A stretch of 64,000 nucleotides of DNA. Source: Eledone cirrhosa. Its lineage: Eukaryota. The stretch covers positions 362,328,001 through 362,392,000 of the forward strand of contig OZ024742.1 of the NCBI GenBank assembly GCA_964016885.1. The letters run 5' to 3'. The notes beneath the pieces are model-generated. The model made no database searches, was not told where the DNA came from, and saw only the letters and a list, made by a program, of their open reading frames with translations. This document shows, one piece after another, positions 40,495-52,927 of the stretch (positions are counted from its first letter, which is position 1; every line of letters starts with the position of its first letter). Position numbers and translations under genes: made by a program.

Positions 40495-40900
40495 TTTACA
40501 GCAGAGAGTTACGATCGTTTACGTTCTGAGTTTAATTCCGGCCGCAGTCAGCTTTGCCTTTCATCATTACGCGTTCGGTAAAATAAAGCACCAGTAACGT
40601 ACTGGGGTCGATATAATCGACATTTCTTTGCACGAAGATTGCTGGCCTTGTGCCTAAATCAGAAAGCATTATTATTACTATAATTATTATGGCGATGTAT
40701 TGGAAATATCGGTAGAGTATCCGACAACATGCTTTGCGGCATATAGTTACGGCCCTTTAAGTTCGATTTCAAAGTCCGCCCATGTTAGCTTTGCCTTCAT
40801 TACTAACGAGATAAAATAAAGTACCAGTAAAACACTGGGCTCCATTTACACGACTTTCCCCTCTCTTTAAATTGCTGGTCTTGTGTGAAACAATTATTAT
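40495..40900 (+). mobile_element. Two tandem decayed SINE copies
   Basis: ctttgcctt..cat, ataaaataaag.accagtaa and ttgctgg.cttgtg each present twice. Confidence 0.75.
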
Positions 40901-41585
40901 CTGTAAAAATTGATCCATTATTGTGTGGCTGAAGATGAAGTATTGATGTCTTCTCTCTTATTTTGCTTCATTGTCCTGCCATCTTCTTTTTCTTTTCCTT
41001 GCCCCCCCCCCCCCCCCCCCCTACTCTGCAAGTCTCCCAAATTTCACCAACTGACACACATACACACATACACGCATACAGAAACACATGACCCAAAGCA
41101 CGCACACATAAAGATACATTCACACATAGGCATACATACATACACACATAGGCATACATACATACACACATACATCAAAACAATAACACATACAGGCACC
41201 ACACACACATACAGACACCACACACACAGATACACAATTGTCTTTCATCTCGTATTTATTTTTTTGTTAAAGTACTGAAAATTGTTTAGAAAACTTGGAG
41301 TTGTCTTTATATTTATATCGACGTGGTTATATTGACAAGAAGATGATTTGGGATTTAGAAGTGATGACGTCACTATATTATTCTGACGTCAACAAGAAGG
41401 GAAATAACCGATAAACCAATAGGAAATACAAAGAGTTTTTTTTAAACTAAGTAAATTCTTCTTCTTCTTCTTCTTCTTCTTCTTCTTCTTCTTCTTCTTC
41501 TTCTTCTTCTTCTTCTTCTTCTTCTTCTTCTTCTTCTTCTTCCCCCCCTCACCCCCTGCTTTCTCTCTCTCTCTGAATATATATA

Positions 41586-41700
41586 TCTACTATATAAATG
41601 GCAATTTATGTCTGTCTGTGTATAACCAGTTGTTGCCTACACCAGTGATCCGATCCTGATGAAACTTTACACACGTTAAGCTAATATTCAGAAACAGGGT
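41586..41700 (+). mobile_element. Helitron-like 5' end fragment
   Basis: TCtactatataaa..atgtctgtctgt..ccgatcctgatgaaactttacacac, matching the other Helitron 5' ends. Confidence 0.5.
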
Positions 41701-41920
41701 ATATCTTTACAATGGCGGAGGAAGAGAAAAGGTTTCAGTGAGAGAGGGGGAAGAGGAGATACTACTACTATATGTTAAACCCTCCCTCCCACTACTCCCT
41801 TTCTCCTCCCACAACTCAGTCCTCCAAAACGAGGTAACAACCTATTAGAAATAAACATAAAGAAATTTCAAACAAAGCAGACGACAATATAATTTTGGTT
41901 GTCGACTGAACAGATGTCTC

Positions 41921-41980
<60 letters not shown>

Positions 41981-41987
<7 letters not shown>

Positions 41988-42318
41988 GTGAGGTTTTTTT
42001 TACAAAATGAAAAATAACCGAGGTGTCCTACACGAGTGAAAGTATAAAGAAAAAGAGATGAAATCGAAAATGCAACTGGAGTCTTATTTTTTTTTAAAAT
42101 ATATATATTTATTTGGTTCCTTTACCGGTTTCGCAGTTCTTTTGCTTTTCAAAAGGTGAGTTGAGATGGAGGGTCTGTGGTTTTTCACCACAGACCCTCC
42201 ATCTCAACTCACCTTTTGAAAAGCAGAAGAACTGCGAAACCGGTAAAGGAACCAAATAAATATATATATTTAAAAAAAAAATAAGACTCCAGTTGCATTT
42301 TCGATTTCATCTCTTTTT

Positions 42319-42325
<7 letters not shown>
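41981..42325. mobile_element. Penelope-like terminal repeat folded back into a palindrome with ~138 bp arms, in (TA)n
   Basis: 42043-42180 is the reverse complement of 42188-42325 with a 7 nt loop and ~2 differences. Confidence 0.8.
42212..42249 (+). ncRNA. Minimal type I hammerhead ribozyme candidate (U3:A8 core variant)
   Basis: cctt-UUGAAAA-gcag(aagaa)ctgc-GAAA-ccgg-UA-aagg. Confidence 0.6.
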
Positions 42326-42381
<56 letters not shown>

Positions 42382-42384
<3 letters not shown>

Positions 42385-42873
42385 TAGCTGAGGTACCCAG
42401 CTTCGCCAAGGTTAACAAATGATAAGAGAAGACCGACAAAGACCGGCAGAAGAGAAAGCGTCTGTATTGAGTGCATTGTCTTGTTTACAGTGTGAGTGTA
42501 TTGTGTGTGTGCGTGTGTATATGTATATGTGTGTGTGTGCCTGTGTGAGTGTGAGTGTGTGCGCGCGCGCGCGTGTGTGTGTGTGTAAACCACCGTTGGA
42601 ATCGGAGACATAGGCTGCGAAACACGATCATCACTGACAATGAATTCGCAGAGAGAATCTCTTATGGTTGATTCCCAGCCTGCTAGAAATAGCAGTCAGG
42701 TTGGTTAGCATACGTGCTATGTCTTTCTTCTTTGGTGTTATAAAATTAGTATCAATAAACTTTCCTGGATATACTCTTATCCCAATCCTGTACATACTCT
42801 CCGATTGTCAGTTTTCGTTTTTTTTCGTGTGATACGCGAAGGAATCAACCAACAAATTTCTCTCTTTTATATC
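42382..42873 (-). mobile_element. Non-autonomous Helitron-like element carrying a SINE-like fragment
   Basis: CTAG plus hairpin (actagctgaggtacccagcttcgcc) next to (TA)n. 5'-like end at ~42870. ctagaaatagcag motif at 42683. Confidence 0.5.
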
Positions 42874-43648
42874 TCTTTTATTTGTTTATTCAAAATATTT
42901 TTCAGCTAATTCTGTCGTACAATATACATCAGCAATCGTTATCTAATGTTTAAAACATATGAATAGCTGCGATATATGCACCATATCAATCAAACACGAT
43001 ATGAGAATTGAATACCATACTAAAGCGCCAGTAAGCTTGCTAAGAATCTGCAGATAGAAATGTTAATAAATACAACATTTGGCTTAGGTAAACTTTAAGA
43101 TGTTCTTTCATTGTAGGTTTCTTTGCTCAGCCAGTACGTTAAACAAAATTGATAGTTACAACAATAAATGTTGAACAGAGAACACATTTTTAAACAAACT
43201 TTACAATAATTAGTACAACCATAATGGAAATTCCAAGTAACAGAAAATACATAAATTACATTGTTAGAGCTTCAGAGTATACAATATTTTTTGTTCGGCC
43301 CTCGGGTGCAAAGATGAAGAGATTGTTTGGCGAGCTCACTCTAGAGCATCCTACATACAATTGAACATGGTTTTCACAGATGAAGGCCAGCCAGTTTTAG
43401 GGTTTTACCCTGAGCTTTGTTGATGGTAATCGCGAAGCTTAGTGTCTCTGTTGCTCTAGTAACATTTTTTCTTCTGGAAAATCTGATCTTGCGGCCAGGC
43501 TAGGACATTTTGGGTGGCATATCGGGAATAGCGAGAGTCTATGGCTCCGTTAATTTATCGTGATATATATATATGTATATATATATAGATATATATAGAT
43601 ATATTTATATATATAGAATAAGGAAAAGCGATCTCCTACTTCCTCTCA

Positions 43649-44440
43649 ATGGTTATACGCCCCATAATCAAGATGTCCCCAGATGTATGTGACAGTACAG
43701 AGGACCGCCTCAGCAAAACCTACCCTTTTAAGAAAACCCACTGTACTAATAGGAAATGTATCATATGTAAGGTAAACCCCCGGATAAACTGTAAAACTAG
43801 AAACGTAGTCTATAGCATAAGATGTACAGAGGGTACTTGTAGAAACATGACAACAACATACCTAGGCGAGACAGCTCGTAGCATAGGTGAAAGGATAGAC
43901 CAACATTGGGGGGAACTAAAAGGACGAAAAAACGGTTCAGTACTATACGAACATGCCAGACAACAACACGATGGTAACATAGACAACATAGAAATTAGAA
44001 TAATATCTAAACATAGAAATGACCCAGCAGAGAGGCCAGTGAAATAGAACTTAGAAGGCCAAGGCTAAACAGAAAGAATGAATGGAATAACAACAACCCC
44101 CAAACAAACAACATTGACCTAAGAGAAGTATAAATAAATAAATAGATAAATAAATAAATAAATACATACACAAGCACAATAACAACAAACACATATAAAC
44201 ACACACTAGTAAAGATAGAATACATTAAACAATACACAGTCACCCAATCACGAACACACATTAAACAAAACACTATACACACGCAAACGCATGCGCAAAG
44301 AAGACAAAATAAAATAAACAAATAAATAAATATTTAAACAGACTAAATAAAGATGGCGTAGAAAATACAATGCAACGGGAGGAAACAATAGCACCACTGA
44401 CGATGTTGCAGATGTGCAACGAAAGAACTTTGATAACCTA
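43649..44440 (+). mobile_element. Penelope-like element 3' part: GIY-YIG endonuclease, 3'UTR and hammerhead-like motif
   Basis: HCTNRKCIIC..NCKTRNVVYSIRC..YLGETARSIGERIDQH. CTGACGA-t-gttgca(gatg)tgcaac-GAAA at 44397-44424. TA-rich flanks. Confidence 0.8.
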
Positions 44441-44635
44441 TATATATGTGTTTGTGTCTATATTGTATCTGTATTATTTTTGATCGTTGGTCAGTCAATG
44501 GCATCATTGAGGACCGAATAAATTAGATTACCGTTATAAAAGACGCAGATGCGAAAAGCGCAAACCAACCAAACAGTGAGTGTGTTCTGTTATTAATTCT
44601 GGCAATATTACACAAATATGACTCTCCCCAAGTAT

Positions 44636-44681
<46 letters not shown>

Positions 44682-45484
44682 ATTCTGAACACATGCACAC
44701 GCTTAAGTCACATTAAAGTCAACTGCAGGAAGCGGTGTTAAGTTACAAAAAAGTGTGATGATCAATGACCTGGAGTTGGCTTACCATGAGATTAGTTCGA
44801 AGGATAACACCCAAATCGTATGTTGACAAATATTCGTACTTCCGACATATTAATTGTAACATGCCGTCTTTGGGAGTAGAATTTATTGTGTCGATATTTC
44901 GAGGTGTCGGATCGTAGGAAGATTAATAGGAATTAAAAAGATGTAACTTCTCCCCCATTATTGACACTTTGCAACAGTATGGTTTTATTGAATTGCTTCA
45001 GTCATTCGAAGGGCTTTACAAACGGTGATATACAGGGTGCTTGAACAGTACCTCAATATGTTCACTCGGTTATAATTTCTTCAATAATAATGATGGCTTC
45101 CTCAATTGTTCTGTGTTTGTTCTTGAATAAGTTCGATACTATTCGAGCTTAAACTTCCCCGGATTATTCACTCTGAATGTAGAAGGCTGGATGGAAGAAG
45201 GACTTATGACTTAAACAGCTATTGATAGTTCCATACAAAAAGTTGATCTGCCATAAAAACACCTAGCAAATGTTGCTATTGAAAGCCAGTATGGGCACCC
45301 AAGGTCGCTAGGATTTTCTGGCGCAGTCTGGGAACTGCGAATGACCCAACCTTTCCTGGTTATTACCGGCTACTGAATCTAGTATATATATATATATATA
45401 TATATGGATTTGGGGGCCTCTGTTGTATATATATATATATGCACTTGTGCGTACATATATATATATATATACACATCTGTATGG

Positions 45485-45785
45485 ATTTGTGCGTGTAGAT
45501 GTGTGTGTGTGTCTGAGGGGTTAGGTGTGGGTGTATGTACAAGTCAACCAACATAAGTCTTTTTATTTCTAAACTTTCTAAGTAATTGACTCTAACCATT
45601 ATTTTCAGTATTACCACCTCACATAAATTCATCAATTTGTATGTGTGGATGTGTGTGTGTGTCTGTGGGGGCGGGTGTGAGTGTACGTGCAAGTAAACTA
45701 ATATAAGTCTTTTTATATGTAAATTTTCTAGTATTCTACTCTAACCATAATTTTCAGTAGTACCACCCCACATACATTCCTCAAT
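45485..45785. repeat. Two-copy ~150 bp tandem duplication
   Basis: ataagtctttttat...actctaaccat..ttttcagta.taccacc.caca repeated. Confidence 0.8.
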
Positions 45786-46191
45786 TTAAGAATGACTTGT
45801 AGTATCGAATTTCATACTATAAACCTCAATTGAATATATATCTGACCAGGAATGCTTTTTGTGAAAATCAGTCATATTGAACTATTGTCATCTTGCCTGA
45901 CGGTTTGAAATTTACAACATCACCTGCCGCTTTGAGGTCAAATACCAACGCTACTAGCATCTACAAACTGACCAATGAGAATTAAGATTATTCCTGTTGA
46001 CAACATTAAATTATTTCTAACAAGCTCATATGTCCCAAGGCTCTGATACGATCAACACCATAAACACAGAGCTGGCATATCTAAGAACTGACTAACTGCC
46101 AGATGAGGTCATAGCCATTCAATGGCTATCATCGAAATATATATAGCAGTAAATAAAGGATTATGAGTTCATGCAATTGACTTATGTTTCC

Positions 46192-46537
<346 letters not shown>

Positions 46538-46567
46538 CATAGATAGATAACGTGAACGTATGGAGTC

Positions 46568-46793
46568 ATTTAAGTACTATTGTGGGACTAGAATACTTTA
46601 AGTACTAGTGTGGGACTAGAATACTTAAAGTACTATTGTGGGACTAGAATACTTTAAGTAGTAGTGTGGGACTAGAATACTTTAAGTACTAGTGTGGGAC
46701 TAGAATACTTTAAGTACTATTGTGGGATTAGAATACTTTAAGTACTATTGTGGGACTAGAATACTTTAAGTACTAGTGTGGGACTAGAAACAC
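46568..46793. repeat. 28-bp minisatellite, 8 copies
   Basis: tttaagtacta(t/g)tgtgggactagaatac repeated without spacers. Confidence 0.95.
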
Positions 46794-47007
46794 TTCTGTT
46801 ACGGGAAAGCCAAGAGATGCGTTTCAGTTTTCAGATGCAATATGAGGCGCCAGCCGTTTGGAAGTATTTAAGTAAAGAAGATTCTCAGACCTACCCCAGC
46901 AAAGGCAACCATACACACATACATATACACACACCAAAATGCTTAGTTATACATATATATGTACACACGCACCCAATATGCATACATACATTCATACATA
47001 CATGCAG

Positions 47008-47680
47008 GGCCATCAGTCGACAATAAATGTAGGGTATGTAAAACAAAGATCGAAGAAGTAGGCCACATTGTTGCCATCTGCGAAAGAATGTCGTCTCGCT
47101 ACTACCTCCCTATGAGACACAATGTGATAGTTAGAACCATCTGGAGCGCACTAAGAAAAACAAAATTAAAAACAAATTAGGAGGAATATGTTGAGATAGA
47201 TCTCACTAAGAATACTGGTGGAACCTAAAAATAAAAACTGTCACCAACTTAAAGCACAACCGGCCTGGTATTGTTGTTTGGGGACCACATATTGAAAACG
47301 TGCTCTGTTGTATAGATCAGCTGCCCACTTGATGTCATCGTTGTAAGAAAAATACAAGAGAAGGAGGATATCTACGGACAACTGATGAGGAGTTTTCAGA
47401 TCCAGTATCCAAGATACACCTTCAGCTTCATACCCATCATTATTGGAGCTACGGGTTATATACCAACCCGCTTGGACCAAAGTATGACTGAAATTGGATT
47501 TGTGGACAAAGAGCGCAGCTCCCTAATTCATAGACTACAAATGGCTGCGATAGCTGACACCTTCAAAATTTACAAAACATTCTTGTGATTCAAAGGATGA
47601 CAATTTCTTTTCATTTGCAACGTTGCCACCAGGAAGGTGGCCGGTGAAAAATGTACTCGAAATTAAGATAAAGAGAAATA
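47008..47680 (+). mobile_element. Decayed 3' fragment of an RLE-type (R4-like) LINE in (CATA)n
   Basis: DNKCRVCK..GHIVAIC..YYLPMRHN, YWWN, HNRP, FIPIIIGATG; homologous to 49419-50249. Confidence 0.8.
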
Positions 47681-47997
47681 ACATACATACTTATAGGCAC
47701 AGCAAAATACAAACATACAAACATTGATTTATTCAAACATAGACAGCGAAATACAAATATATATGTATATAAATATATACATGCTGTCATACATACATTA
47801 GTAATGCATACATACATGTGTACATTCCTACATTCATAATGGATACATACATATATAGATACAAACGTACATACATACATGCATACATGCATACATACAT
47901 ACATGCTTACATACATACTGACATAAATACGTACACACCAACATACATACATGCAACATGCACACCAACACATACATACATCATACATCATACATAC

Positions 47998-48345
47998 ATC
48001 ATGATGATGGGTGCCCCCTCGTTATCGAGTATGGCCATTGCACGATATACCATTATTAATAATAATTAATTAATTCTATCGTGCAATGCCTGTGCGTGAA
48101 GATATTTTTTAAAGTGAGGAAAGACTGTGCACTGAGCCAATCCCACTCTCTGGCAACAGTAGCTATAACCCGAAAAGAAGAAAAGATCAACATCATCAGT
48201 AACTACTGAGCCGCAGGTTTCATATCGGAGTTATCCCTGTTTCCTGAGTTGCCTTTTCCTAGAAGAATGCCCTGAGAAAGGTTAGGGTCCTTCACTCCCA
48301 GTGGTTTAACCGGGCGATCGGGTGTCCAGCACGACTATTTCTATG
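47998..48345 (-). mobile_element. RTE-derived short non-autonomous element (diverged)
   Basis: 3' end ggccatactcgataacgagggggcacccatcat and internal blocks shared with 51468-52078. Confidence 0.6.
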
Positions 48346-48838
48346 TCCCCGCGCATATACATACACATGCACCCATGCATATACACACATACACACACAT
48401 GTACATGTATGTGTATATGTGTATATGTATATGTATGTGTATATGTGTATATGTATGTGTATATGTGTATATGTATATGTATGTGTATATGTGTATATAC
48501 ATACATCATACATACATACATACACACATACACACATGCATCATACATACATCATACATACATCATACATACATACATCATACATACATTATACATACAT
48601 CATACATACATACATACATACAATCATACACACATACATACACACATACATACATGCATCATACATACATACATGCATACATACATCATAAATACATACG
48701 ATCATACATACATACATACATACATACACACATACATGCATCATACATACAACATACATACATACACACATACATACATGCATCATACATACAAACATAC
48801 AATCATACAATCATACATACACACTTACATACATACAT

Positions 48839-49252
48839 GCATCATGGTGGCTGCCAACTCGTTTTCGAGTACGGCCACTACTTTATATCCATGTAGGAGA
48901 ACCCCTACCGATGCGCTGAACGAGTGTGACTTTTTAGTCCAGCCAGCGACTTGACAACTCTGGTACAAACACTACATCTGTGACAATTATTGACACATAG
49001 TGCTAGGCCCATGGTACCATGTGACGACAAGTGCAGAGAGATCTCCAGATATAAAGCAATGTCTGTGCCGTGAAGCTTTTATAGTGAGCAAAGGCACTGC
49101 ACAAAGCCAGTCCCACTCTCTTAACCAAGATGATATTTACCAAAAAGAAGAACAAGTGAACATCATTGGATACCATCAGGGTTGCAGGTGTTATATCAGA
49201 GTTTTCCTTCTCCTAGAATTCTGCCTTGACAAAGGCTAAAGGGTCATCTCTC
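48839..49252 (-). mobile_element. RTE-derived bipartite non-autonomous element, 5'-truncated
   Basis: Near-identical reverse complement of 51669-52078. Confidence 0.75.
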
Positions 49253-49335
49253 ATACATACATACATACATACATACATACATACATACATACATACATAC
49301 ATACATACATACATACATACATACATACATACATA

Positions 49336-50485
49336 CCGAACTCCTTGAGAGATATTCCCTGTGTGATAATCAAAAACTCACACCCAGGGATGTCGCTCAG
49401 CAGTATCGCAGTGAATCCATGGATGAAAAACTGCATGCCTATCAGCAGAAAATCATGCATGGATATGTTGCCAGGAAGCTCCAGAGTGAGAGTAATATAG
49501 ATAAGGAAAGTAGTCTATCTTGGACCAACAACCGCTATATTGGCTCCCACTTTGAAGGATACGCTTTTGCAATCCAGGAACAGGAGATTAGCACGAAATA
49601 CCTGATTCACAAAAGAGATAGGGATGCAGGCAAAACACCTAGATGTGATAACAAGTGCAGACTCTGCAGAACTAACATCGAGGATATCATCCATGTCACC
49701 AGCAGCTGCCCAAAGATGTTATCGCAGTACTATCTACCTATGAGGCATGATGTAGTGGCTAAAACAGTGTACAATGCAGTTCGTAAAAAAGATAGCCCCG
49801 ATCATAAACACATTAAAAGCTACAACAATGTGGAAGACATCCATGTAGATAATATGAAAGAGTACTGGTGGAATGTTCCAGTAAAAACCCCAATAAAATG
49901 CAGGCATAACAGACCAGATATTATGATATGGGACAGGGAGAAGAAAACATGCACAGTAGTGGAAATTAGCTGCCCAGCAGATGCCAATATAATATCAAAG
50001 ATTAGTGAAAAGGAGAATATTTATGCAGAACTGATGACAAATCTGCAGATACTCCACCCTGATTACACCTTCAGATTTATGCCTGTGATTGTTGGGGCAC
50101 TGGGATATGTTAGTAACTGCCTCAATACAAATCTTGAGAAGCTAGGCTTCACAGAAACAGAAAGAACACAACTAGTTAGGAAATTACAAGTACAATCCAT
50201 TAATGGAACAGTAAAAATATGTAAAACATTACAAAAATTTTGCATCTAATAACTGCATATACACATGTACAGATACAAAGCATATACACATGCACACATA
50301 CAACTCAAAACATGCACATCCACACATACAATAACATCCATATCTACACATGCATGCATGCAGACATACATACATATCTACCTAGTTCATGTTGTGTAAA
50401 TTCCAATGAGAGAGTCTTGTGTCTATGTTAGAAACCGACTCTCTCTCTATTGGTAAAACTTTGTGAAATTATAAAACCAGAAGAA
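49336..50485 (+). mobile_element. 5'-truncated RLE-type (R4-like) LINE flanked by (CATA)n; ORF 49419-50249 open
   Basis: EGYAFAIQEQ, CRLC..EDIIHVTSSC, RHD, WWN, HNRPDI, EISCP.D..EKENIY, PVIVGALG. Confidence 0.9.
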
Positions 50486-50648
50486 CATACATACATACAC
50501 ACATACATACATGCATCATTCATACATCACACATACATACATCATACATAAATCATACATATATACATACATACGCCCATACATACATACATCATACATA
50601 CATACATACCACCATACATACATACACAGCATTATATATACATACATA

Positions 50649-50835
50649 GGGTGGTGGATTGGCAGTATCGGTAGAGGGTCGGAGGCCATGCATTGTAGCA
50701 TAGAGTTACGGCCCTTTATGATCTGACTTCAAATCCCGCCGAGGTTAACTTTGCCTTTCATCCTTACGGGGTCGATAAAATAAAGTACCAGTAATTCACT
50801 GGGTATTTGCTGGCCTTGTGCCAAAAGTAGAAATA
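50649..50835 (+). mobile_element. Young full-length SINE with ~30 bp target-site duplication
   Basis: Complete A-box, B-box, central domain and 3' tail. atacatacacagcattatatat.catacatag on both sides. Confidence 0.88.
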
Positions 50836-51467
50836 ATAATATATACATACATACACAGCATTATATATGCATACATAGACAGCATTATATATACATACAC
50901 ATCATCATACATACATAGCATCATACATACATAGAAGCATTATACATATATAGATAGACACAAACATTCATATATGTAAAGCTATGTAGATAATACGTAA
51001 ACAGGTATTTCAATAGGTAAACATTTCAACAGGTGTGACACGTATTTCTATATTTACCAATCTTTATTTCCGGACCAATGAAACAACAATAGTTCTACGA
51101 GAGACGTCAATAAAAAAAATCATAGAACGTTTGTCATGATTGACGTCATTGCCTTTTGGCAGAAACTCTTGTGTGTATATTGGATATGGTGGTATGGTGG
51201 TATGGTGGTATGGTGGTAGAGTGGGATGGTGGTAGAGTGGGATGGTGGTATGGTGGTATGGTGGTATGTATGGTGGTATGGTGGTATGGTGGTATGTATA
51301 GTGGTATGGCGGTATGGTGGTATGTATGGTGCTATGTATGGTGGTACGGTGGTATGATGATATGGTTGTATGGTGGTATGGTGGTTTGGTGGTATATACG
51401 TATGTTGGTATGGTGGTATGTATGTATGTATGTATGTATGTATGTTGGTATGGTTGTATGTATGTAT

Positions 51468-52078
51468 GTCAGGTCACCAGTTGGTGCTACTGGTAACATG
51501 TATCCCAGTACAACCTGTCCCATGGTCGGGTCGTTGGCGACTAAACTGGCAACCCCACCAAGGTTTCTTGGTGAGTAGGGTGACTTTGGACATCCTGCAG
51601 GACTAAAAACAAAACCTGTCAAAGGGCAAAGGAGCTCTTAAGAGTTAATGGCCATCCAAAATCACCGGGAGAGATGACCCCTTAGCCTTTGTCAAGGCAG
51701 AATTCTAGGAGAAGGAAAACTCTGATATAACACCTGCAACCCTGATGGTATCTAATGATGTTGACTTGTTCTTCTTTTTGGTAAATATCATCTTGGTTAA
51801 GAGAGTGGGTCTGGCTTTGTGCAGTGCCTTTGCTCACTATAAAAGCTTCACGGCACAGGCATTGCTTTGTATCTGGAGATCTCTCTGCACTTGTCGTCAC
51901 ATGGTACCATGGGCCCAGCACTATGTGTCAATAATTGTCACAAGTGTAGTGTTTGTACTAGAGTTTTCAAGTCGCTGGCTGGACTAAAAAGTCGCACTCG
52001 TTCAGCGCATCGGTAGGGGTTCTCCTACATGGATATAAAGTAGTGGCCGTACTCGAAAACGAGTTGGCAGCCACCATG
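51468..52078 (+). mobile_element. Full RTE-derived bipartite non-autonomous element in (TATG)n
   Basis: Hairpin-rich RTE-like 5'UTR (gtcgttggcgactaaa, ctaggagaaggaaaactc) joined to an RTE/BovB-like 3' end (ctcg.aaa.cgag hairpin, then ccaccatg). No ORF. Confidence 0.7.
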
Positions 52079-52408
52079 TATGTATGAATGGTGGTATGTA
52101 TAATGGCATGTATATAGTTATGTATATATGTGTGAATGGTGTTATGGTGGTATGTATGGTGGTGTGTATGTATGGTGGTATGTATGGTGGTATGAATGGT
52201 GGTAGGTATGGTAGGTATGGTAGTATGTATAATGGTATGTACATATGTATGTCTGTATGGTGGTATGGTGGTATGTATGTATAGTGGTATGTATATATAT
52301 ATATGTATGTATGATAGTATGTATGTATATATGTGTGTATGTTTGGTGGTATGTATGTATGGTGGTATGTATGTATATATGTGTGTATGTATGCTGGTAT
52401 GTATGTAT

Positions 52409-52927
52409 GTCAAGTCGCTCTCGAGTGCTACTGGTAACATGTATCCCTGTATAGCCTGTCTCATGGTGGGGTCGTTGGCGACTAAACCGGCAACCCCACC
52501 AAGCTTGCTTGGTGAGGAGGGTGTTATTTGGAGACCCTGCGGGATGAAATACAAGACACGGCAAAGGACGGAAGAACTCAGCAGAGTCAACGGCCATCCA
52601 AATAGTACTTCATTTGTTTCACCTGGGAGTGAAAGACATCCAGTTGTTGTCACAACACCTTTCTATGAGAGGGAAACTCTGAAAAAGAAAACCCTGCGGT
52701 TTCGGAAGCATCCGATTTTCCTTTTCGGGGAGTGTTTTCGATGCTCAGAGAGTGGGATTGGTCGAGTGCAAGATCTTTCCCCACTTAAAAAACCTTCACG
52801 ACACAGGCTTTACTTGTCCAGGATCTGTTACAAGCGATTATAATACTCTTAGCAGAGTTTGCAGCCATCATGTATGTATGTACAACCTGTTTCATGGTCG
52901 TCGGTGACTAAACCGGCAACCCCACCA
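52409..52927 (+). mobile_element. Related RTE-derived short element plus a small extra 5' fragment
   Basis: Shares the 5' ~190 nt and the 3' ggcagcca.catg with 51468-52078. Confidence 0.65.

Noticed and set aside
43340-43460. Structured RNA (tagagca/tgctcta; cagatgaag..gaagctta) as a hammerhead or SECIS
   Set aside because: Core nucleotides do not match either consensus; single copy, no support.
44860-45345. Decayed Gypsy integrase on the - strand (LRQKILATL.AHTG-like)
   Set aside because: Too few residues and many breaks; needs an HMM search.
46568-46793. 28-bp repeats as a CRISPR array
   Set aside because: Units are contiguous with no unique spacers, there are no cas genes, and the context is eukaryotic.
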